From: Octopus sinensis
Taxonomy: Eukaryota
DNA: 7,023 nt
NCBI RefSeq assembly: GCF_006345805.1
Contig: NW_021829127.1
Location: 1-7,023, forward strand
Direction of reading: 5' to 3'
Within the stretch, counting starts at the first letter, position 1; every line of letters starts with the position of its first letter. Positions 1 to 7,000 of the stretch are shown here, piece after piece. The translations under genes were made by a program, and so were the position numbers. The notes beneath the pieces were generated by a model. The model ran no database searches. It saw only the letters and a list, made by a program, of their open reading frames with translations, and had not been told where the DNA came from.

Positions 1-7
1 TATATAT

Positions 8-38
<31 letters not shown>

Positions 39-172
39 TATATATATAAATATTTTTGTGTATCTATCTATATATATATATATGTATGTTTGTAATGTGT
101 GTGTGCATATATATGTATCTGTATATAATATATGTATATATATATATATATATATATACAATATATATATAT

Positions 173-420
173 ATGTATGGATATATGTATGTATGGATAT
201 ATGTATGTATGTATATATGTATGGATATATGTATGTATGTATATATGTATGGATATATGTATGTATATATGTATGGATATATGTATGTATATACGTATGG
301 ATATATGTATGTATATACGTATGGATATATGTTTTATATGTATGTATGGCTATATGTATGTATGTATGGATATATGTATGTATGTATGGATATATGTATG
401 TATGTATATGGATATATATA
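173..420 (+). repeat. GG-marked minisatellite derived from (TATG)n, 11 units
   Basis: The GG of ATGGATATATG recurs at 179, 195, 223, 251, 275, 299, 323, 348 (GGC variant), 368, 388 and 410. Spacings are 16, 28, 28, 24, 24, 24, 25, 20, 20 and 22 nt. Confidence 0.85.
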
Positions 421-480
421 TGTTTATATACATGTATATATATATATATGTATGTTTGTATATGTGTGTGTATATATATG

Positions 481-600
481 TATCTGTGTATGTATATATA
501 TATATGTATATATGGCTATATATATGTTTATATCTATGTATATATGTGTATGTATATATATATATGTATATATGGTTATATATATGTTTATATCTATGTA
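481..600 (+). repeat. 60-bp tandem duplication
   Basis: 481-540 and 541-600 are identical at 58/60 positions; they differ at 484/544 and 516/576. Confidence 0.9.
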
Positions 601-1008
601 TATATATGAATGTATATATATATTGTGTGTGTGTATATATGTATGTATCTATGCAGGTATGTATGTATATATAGATATGTAATGTGTATATATATATGCA
701 TATATATGTGTGTGTGTATATATGTATGTATCTGTGCATGTATGTATATATAGATATGTAATATATACATATATATATATATATATGTAATACATACATG
801 TATATATATAGAAATATATACATATGCATATATATACACATGCATATATATATATATCATATATACATACACTTATTTATATACATGTGTGTGTGTGTGT
901 GTGTGTAAACATATATGAATGATTATATATACCCCTGTCTAAGTATATACATGTGTATATACATTTATAAGTACACCTGCATACATATGTTTTTGTGTTA
1001 TATAGATT

Positions 1009-1042
<34 letters not shown>

Positions 1043-1147
1043 TATATTTGTGTATGAATAACTATATATATATATGCACACACATACCTATATATATATA
1101 TGCATACATACATATCTACATATATACATACACACACATATATATGT

Positions 1148-1188
<41 letters not shown>

Positions 1189-1285
1189 ATACTATCTATG
1201 TATATATGTTTGTCTGTCTCTATATATATGTACGTATATGTGTGTGCTTATGTATGTATATAGATATATTGTATATATCTATGTG

Positions 1286-1341
<56 letters not shown>

Positions 1342-1395
1342 GTGTGTGGGTGTCTTGTTTTGTGGTATATTTATATATACATGTATGTATATATG

Positions 1396-1443
<48 letters not shown>

Positions 1444-1766
1444 CACCCATACACATAAACACACTTTGTATATATATGTGTATATGTATGCATGTATTCA
1501 TATATATATATATGCATATATATCTGCGTATATCGAATTTCGTAAATTATTGCATTTGTTTAGGAGTTTTCTTGTCCCTGAAACTGAAACTATGATACCT
1601 AGTTGAGCCCCCTATTTTTTGTTTTCATATATTAATATGAAGATTTTCACTTAGCCTTCCTTTTAACTCATAAAATATCAGCTCCCACATTTTGCTGATG
1701 ACTGCATTTACATTTATTTGTCTCTGTTTTTATCATTGTGATCTGTTCTGAATTTACAAATATATA

Positions 1767-1786
1767 AATAATAATAATAATAATAA
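1767..1786. repeat. (AAT)6 microsatellite
   Basis: aataataataataataataa read directly. Confidence 0.9.
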
Positions 1787-2815
1787 ATTTAAATGAGAAT
1801 GCATTATCTAACTCTAACAAGGTATAAAAGGGTTCATGTTAAATGCTTTGTTTTTTTTTTTTTAACTTTGCACTTCATTAGTTACATTAAGTTAAAATTT
1901 GGTTTTAGAAATTTGGAGTGAAATTCCTCCCCAGTGTTAAATGAGTCTGTTTTGCAGTATCTTGCTTTCTGTATTCTATACTAAAAAAAAAAAGAAGAAA
2001 AAAAAAGAGAAAAAAAGGCAATTAAAAGTTAATTATTGATGACTATCAATGATACTTAATTTGTTTTTGTTTTATTTCTGTAACATTTATCGAGACTGTT
2101 TATTTGAAATTGAAAGGCAGTAAACTAATAAAATATATAAATTTGAAGTTGGTTTATAGTTTAATGGTCATAAGTCATTTGATAATAATCAGTACTGATA
2201 TCTAATTTTATTTAATAATTTCCAGTGATATGAAATCTGACATAAATATTTCAGTCTTTGATAGTGAAGAATTTATGTAAATATCTAAATCAGACATTAC
2301 TAGCCTTTAAAATGTTGATATTTAACTTGTAAATTGTCAAACAATTGTTGCTAATTTAATTCAGCATAGTTTCTTTGAAATAGCTGCACATCTCTTATAA
2401 AAAGAATTTTGTCATTTTTATCCTGGTTATTTTCCATTTATTTCCTATTTCATTGTAGTCTATAAACATATACTTACATTTACATCATTCAAACAAAGGA
2501 ATTTTATCTATGTGCAACTTTCATTGGTCCTGTCTCTTTCACACATCCGAACACACATACACAGTTTAAAAGCTTTATCTACCAATCAACCATTCCTGAA
2601 TCAGCAATTTATCTGAAAGTTTTAACATTCCACATCAAACAGAGGTAAAGTTAAGAAAGCTACTCGAAATCTTTGCATTTCAAATTGTCATTTTTCAAGG
2701 TACCAGGAGATTATTGTTGCTCTTGAGTTTTTGTGGTAAGATTAATTAGTTTCACTTTTATTTCATAGTATTTAAGTACATTGGCATTTCATTATACCTC
2801 ATCACCTGCCATATA

Positions 2816-3030
2816 CAGACACAGAAACAAACACACACACACACATGCACACACTCTCTCTCTCTCCCTCAAACACACACATACACATATATACACACAA
2901 TTGTATATGTGTGTATATATTTGTATATACATGTGTGTGTGCATATATGTGTGTGTGTACGTATCTTTGCATATGTATCAATATATACATACACACACAT
3001 ATATACATGTTTGTGTATATATATATATTT
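2816..3030. repeat. Compound (CA)n/(CT)n/(TG)n/(TA)n microsatellite
   Basis: CA-rich 2816-2899 with a (CT)n insert at ~2853-2870, then TG-rich 2901-2960, then mixed CA/TA. Confidence 0.92.
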
Positions 3031-3086
3031 CTATGATTTTTTAATGTACAAATTGTTTTCCATTCTCCCATTTTGTTTATATATAT

Positions 3087-3180
3087 ACTCTCTGTCTTTC
3101 TATTCTGTTCCTCTCTCTCTCTCTCTCTTCCTCCCTTTCTCTTCTGTTTCTTTCTTTTCTTTGTCTCTCCCTCTCACTCA
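3087..3180 (+). repeat. CT-rich polypyrimidine tract with a (CT)n core
   Basis: About 90 nt almost entirely C/T, including a (CT)n run at ~3112-3128. Confidence 0.85.
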
Positions 3181-3333
3181 TTGAACATCTATCCATATTG
3201 TGTTAATCTTTGAATGTTATTTTGTTATTGCTTATAGCTCCCTCCTCTTAGATAACAGTTTAATTTAAATGACAATACTGAATAATGGGAGGAATGAAAA
3301 AAAAAAATTGATGAAGAAAATCAAATTCTTTTG

Positions 3334-3482
3334 TAGTAAAGTTATCAGATATTTTCTTTCTTTGTTTCTTTCACTACTATTTCTTAAGTTAGTAAAGTTA
3401 TGAATATGTATTTTCACTTAGCTCAGGTTTGTTTCTATTAGTTAAAATATTTTCGAATAAAAATGTATTTCACTTAGCTTTT
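3334..3482 (+). repeat. Degenerate 3-copy tandem repeat (~50-56 bp period)
   Basis: TAGTAAAGTTAT occurs exactly at 3334 and 3390 (56 nt apart), with a variant TAGTTAAAATAT at 3439. ATGTATTT(T)CACTTAGCT occurs at 3406-3423 and 3463-3479, with a variant TTTCACTA at 3369. Confidence 0.6.
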
Positions 3483-3562
3483 AGTGGTGACTTATAATTA
3501 AGATATTCATATAAGCTTGATGCATTATCCTGTGAGCTGTCATAGGTTGCTTATAGTTTCAG

Positions 3563-3951
3563 AACTGCTATGCAGTCCTACTAATGTCAAGCACAGGGAG
3601 TGCATTCATTTCTATGTCTTAGCTTCCTCCTCCTCATTCACACTGTCCTCCTCTTCTCCGTCGTAGCCAACTACCAGCATCTTCATCACCACCGCTACTA
3701 CCGGCTTTAGCATACAAGTTGTCCATAAACGGTGGACTACCTATATATCCCACTTGCACACACAACTACTAGTACCATAGTGGAGACAACAACTGTCTTA
3801 TCTCTGCCTTGGTTATTGGTATCTGTGGATTTGCATAGATTCCACCTCCGCAGCCTGCTTGGTATCTATTGATTGCAGATTGTTGACATGCTCAGACTGG
3901 TAGAACTGGCGATGGATGGCTACTGTAGTTAATTCTGTTCTTCACCTTCAT
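3563..3951 (+). other. Putative spliced exon (5'UTR-like or non-coding), GC-elevated island
   Basis: G+C is about 44% over 3601-3960 against about 22% in the upstream line 3361-3420. A consensus-like donor CAT|GTAAGT at 3951/3952 falls where composition drops. Candidate acceptors: TTTCAG| (3561-62), TTTCTATGTCTTAG| (3621-22) and ATTGCAG| (3877-78). All frames contain stops, so it is not an ordinary internal coding exon; the 5' boundary is uncertain. Confidence 0.45.
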
Positions 3952-4172
3952 GTAAGTAATACAAAAGGTTTAGCTGAATGTTATCACTTTACACTTGCAA
4001 ACAAATTTAATGAAATTTCTAAAATATATGTTCTCTCTTCATTTCTGCTCTGTTTTACTTACGTTGTCACGTTAACTACTACGACCACTAAGTTTGTTTC
4101 ATTTTTGGATAACTTGTAAACTTTTAACATAAACTTGTTTCGTTTTGCATTCTCTCTTGTTATTATTATAAA

Positions 4173-4174
<2 letters not shown>

Positions 4175-4204
<30 letters not shown>
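4175..4204. repeat. (AT)15 microsatellite
   Basis: Pure AT run read directly. Confidence 0.95.
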
Positions 4205-4208
<4 letters not shown>

Positions 4209-4992
4209 CATGAAGATATGTTTTCTATAGCAAAGCTAGTTTTAGTTTTTGATTTAATCGACAAGAACCAAATCTTTATAAACAAACATTTACACTCTTT
4301 TATTTCCATTGTGGAACTTTCTCTTTTATTTGTTTTTTTATTTCTCTACTTATTCACTCTTTTATGCACTGCTTCTTTTTAAAGTGACAATGAAACAATT
4401 TAGGAAGTTTCATAGAATATCATTTGTAAATTTTGATATTCTAGTCCAGCTATAACTTGTCCGTGAGATTTTTGTAATTTCGATAAACTTTTTAATGATG
4501 AAATGAACCCGTATTTTTAGTGTTAGTAACCCTGAGTATATATATCACCATCATATGGTCATAACTAATTTAATGTAAAGTAATTCTAAAATAGCATTAG
4601 TTGATTGACTAAATGTGATAAGTCGAAAATGTAAAAAAAAAAAACAAAGAAAAATACTGTCATGATGTAAATTTTTCCTTTTCTGTTTAACTTATTTTTA
4701 ATAACTTCAAATATTATTGTAGTTTTTTTCTCTCTGGTAGTATTTTCATATACATATATATAGAATATTTGTTCAGTGAGTGTTTTCTATCATAATTTTT
4801 GATGATTTTTACTTTTAAAACTTAACTTCTGAGAACAAATAGTGCTATAATAGTTATCTGAAACTCTCTTCTGTCAAAATTTATTTATTTATTTATCATG
4901 TTATGGCATGTGTTGAATCCACATGCCTGTACATAACTGTTTGTGCATGCGTATTGAGTGACTGTGCATACATGCTTATCTAATTGTTTACA

Positions 4993-4998
4993 AATAAA
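4993..4998 (+). promoter_or_regulatory. Possible polyadenylation signal AATAAA
   Basis: AATAAA is followed by a TG-rich stretch (5005-5013), with overlapping ATTTA pentamers at 4879-4895 upstream. The hexamer is common by chance in AT-rich DNA. Confidence 0.2.
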
Positions 4999-5256
4999 AC
5001 TATATGTGTGTGTAATATATATGTATCGGAATAGAGGTATGTTTTTAAAAAATTGAATAAGGGTGTTTTTTTTTCGTATGTGTCACAGTAGGGGAAAATT
5101 GAGTCAATGTGAATTTTAAGCATGTCCAGTAAATCTTAACATGTGTTGGATGTATGATGTTTCGGAAGTTAATCTAGATGATGTACAGTATATGAAAGAT
5201 TTTACTTTTCATTTGGCAGTTTTAAAAAATAATAAGCATTTTTGTATATCATAAAA

Positions 5257-5430
5257 AGTGTGTCTGTGTCTGTGTGTGTGTGTGGGGGGGGGCACTGTAT
5301 ATTAGTGTGGGGGCACTGTATATTTGTATGTGTGGAAGCATTGTATGTATGTGTGTGTGTTGGGGGGGACACTGTATGTGTGTGTGTGTGTGTGGGGCAC
5401 TGTTTGTGAGTGTGTGGGATATTGTATGCT
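5257..5430 (+). repeat. (GT)n-poly(G)-GCACTGTAT minisatellite, 6 degenerate units
   Basis: Cores: GCACTGTAT 5292, GCACTGTAT 5313, GCATTGTAT 5338, ACACTGTAT 5369, GCACTGTTT 5397, ATATTGTAT 5419. Each is preceded by GT repeats and usually a G run. Confidence 0.85.
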
Positions 5431-5640
5431 GTGTATTAGATATAATATATATGCATGTGTGTATGCATTTTGTTTGGGGAAAAAGTCTTTAATACTTGTG
5501 GTAACATATAATTATTTTTTGTAAGAACCAGTATTTCCTTATATCACCACTCAGAGTTTCATATTTTCACATTCCGTCCTTCTAGCATGTTAGGTGTCCT
5601 GTCAGGGCACCTCTTGTGTGTTTAAATGTACACTTATCTT

Positions 5641-5645
5641 ATATA

Positions 5646-5696
<51 letters not shown>

Positions 5697-5708
5697 ATAT
5701 ATATATAT
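5641..5708. repeat. Interrupted (TA)n microsatellite
   Basis: TA run with a few interruptions, read directly. Confidence 0.95.
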
Positions 5709-5997
5709 GTATTATTGTAAAAGGTTTTCATTAGAAGTGTGTAAATAGATATGTTCATACCATTTTGTTACATATAGTAATGTAAAGCTCTTTGGTAATG
5801 CTACTTTCGGTTTTATAAGCTGATAGTCCAACTGCAAGTTTTACAAAGTCTTTATTTTACATGTTATGGTATTTGCCCTACCACTTGTTCAGCTGACAAC
5901 ACAAAAAAATTATGGAGAAAAATATTCACTTTGTAACTTATACTTTATCAATGTTCTTATTGTGGCTTATTTATTGGTGAAATTGATCCTTTTATAG

Positions 5998-6077
5998 GAG
6001 AAGCCGATATCTAGCTAATTGACAAAGTTCTTCGAAACAACTGTGGAATCACATGTTGAGCCTCAAAAGTTATATAG
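5998..6077 (+). other. Possible 80-nt non-coding or poison exon
   Basis: Acceptor-like TCCTTTTTATAG| (AG 5996-97) and weaker donor AG|GTGTGT (6077/6078). All three phases hit a stop early. Confidence 0.2.
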
Positions 6078-6756
6078 GTGTGTGTACCACACCTCTCTAT
6101 ATAAATTCTTGATTAGGGTACACATAACTGTGAAGGCATTTCCTACAAATAAAACCAAATGAAGTGATGTGATGCTAACCACATTTTTGTAATTCGCTGG
6201 ATACTGTCATCTGTAATCTTCTGTTGATAAAAACTTTCAACTTGAGAAATGATATGTTGAACATTTGTAAAGCAATCCCTCTTAAATATTTCTTCAAAAG
6301 TTTGGAAGGTCTCTCCAAAGACTTAAAATATGTTATGTTGAACACTATAAGAAAAAAAAAATTTTTATGTCTTTTAAACTAATCTTATGTGTAGTTAATA
6401 CTTTCTCTGATTCCTAAATATTTGGAGGTTTTGATGTTTGTTTTTAAGTTAAGGTAGGATTTGTATATGAATGTAATAGAATTAGACAGAAACGTTTCTT
6501 AATATTTTCTTAATATCTTGAGGATTCTACGAGTCTATGGCTGAAGTTTCGTTTTTTTTTAAATGTTTTTTGGAATCAAATTCCATATATTTATTGGAAA
6601 TGTAACACAATATCACAGTATATAATACTTGTATGAATGTCTACAGTTTTACTACCTATTTTATTCATGTTTGTTATCCAAGATTTTCAAGCTTTTCAGC
6701 AATATTTTCCTCATTTTTAATTAAAGAATATAGTCCCAGATTTTCTGTTCTGTAAC

Positions 6757-7000
6757 GAAAAAAATAAAAAAAATAAATGAATGCAAAAAATATTTGCAAA
6801 ATTAAAAAAGAAAAAAAAAATCAAATTTGTTAAAATTTATCGTAAAATAGTGGTGCCCAGCATAACCACTGCTTGAAACTTGGAACTAAGAAAGAAAAAA
6901 AAAAGAAAATAACGAAAAAGAACAAAAAGTAAAAAAGATTAACTAGTGAAAATAAAAGAGTAATGAAAAAAGTAAAAATATATACCTTGAAAAATAAAAT
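6757..7000. repeat. A-rich low-complexity region
   Basis: Multiple poly(A) runs interrupted by single G/T/C bases on both sides of the 6849-6885 element. Confidence 0.8.
6849..6910 (+). mobile_element. Possible degraded SINE 3' tail (stem-loop followed by A-rich tail)
   Basis: GTGGTGCCCAGCAT...TGGAACTAAGAAAGAAAA resembles my unverified recollection of an abundant octopus SINE 3' end (GGTGCTCCAGCATGGCC...TGAAACAAGTAAAAGA). There is a stem AGTGGT(6849-54)/ACCACT(6865-70) followed by an A-rich tail. Confidence 0.3.

Larger units (their letters stand above)
1..1520. repeat. Compound dinucleotide/tetranucleotide microsatellite block (TA, TG, CA, TATG)
   Basis: Nearly continuous alternating purine-pyrimidine sequence with pure (TA)n runs (e.g. 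1011-1038, ~1290-1320) and a (TG)n run at ~885-906. Translations in all frames are Y/I/M/C/V/H low-complexity. Confidence 0.97.

Noticed and set aside
173-420. CRISPR-like repeat-spacer array (also considered for 5257-5430)
   Set aside because: The intervening sequences are themselves microsatellite rather than unique spacers, the context is eukaryotic, and there are no cas genes.
56-1606. Eleven ORFs of 61-208 aa on both strands
   Set aside because: TA/TG/CA repeats rarely contain stop codons. The products are Y/I/M/C/V/H runs open in several frames at once, so they are artefacts.
1696-1751. TGATGA...CTGA C/D-box-like pair (also 4800-4832)
   Set aside because: Spacing is short, there is no convincing terminal stem, and I recognise no rRNA-complementary guide.
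2236-2294. Hairpin ACATAAAT 2240-47/ATTTATGT 2271-78
   Set aside because: Almost entirely A-T pairs; expected by chance at this composition.
2781-3184. Four overlapping ORFs
   Set aside because: They coincide with CA/CT/TG microsatellites and are low-complexity artefacts.
3612-3941. Minus-strand peptide-like stretches (TELTTVAIHRQFYQSEHV..., ...GYDGEEEDSVNEEEEAKT*)
   Set aside because: They are interrupted by TAA/TAG, lack good flanking splice sites and match no family I recognise. The acidic run derives from CCT repeats.
3916-4119. 67-aa ORF as a stand-alone CDS
   Set aside because: It runs through a consensus-like splice donor at 3952 into AT-rich intron-like sequence and has no recognisable domain. 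Only its first 12 codons are kept as a hypothesis.
4900-4995. H/ACA snoRNA-like layout (hairpin, ACATAA at 4931, hairpin, ACA at 4990)
   Set aside because: The first hairpin has no pseudouridylation pocket or lower stem before the H box, the second lower stem is poor, and the whole is too short.
5274-5524. Two Cys/Val/Gly-rich ORFs
   Set aside because: They are translations of the GT/G minisatellite.
5582-5612. Helitron 3' end on the minus strand (hairpin, 6 nt, CTAG)
   Set aside because: The base after CTAG is A rather than T, the spacer is short, the stem has an A-C mismatch on that strand, and no 5' end is identifiable.
6611-6630. TATCACAG (miR-2-family-like start); also CTTTGGTAAT near 5790 (miR-9/79-like)
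   Set aside because: Only 8-10 nt match and there is no precursor hairpin.
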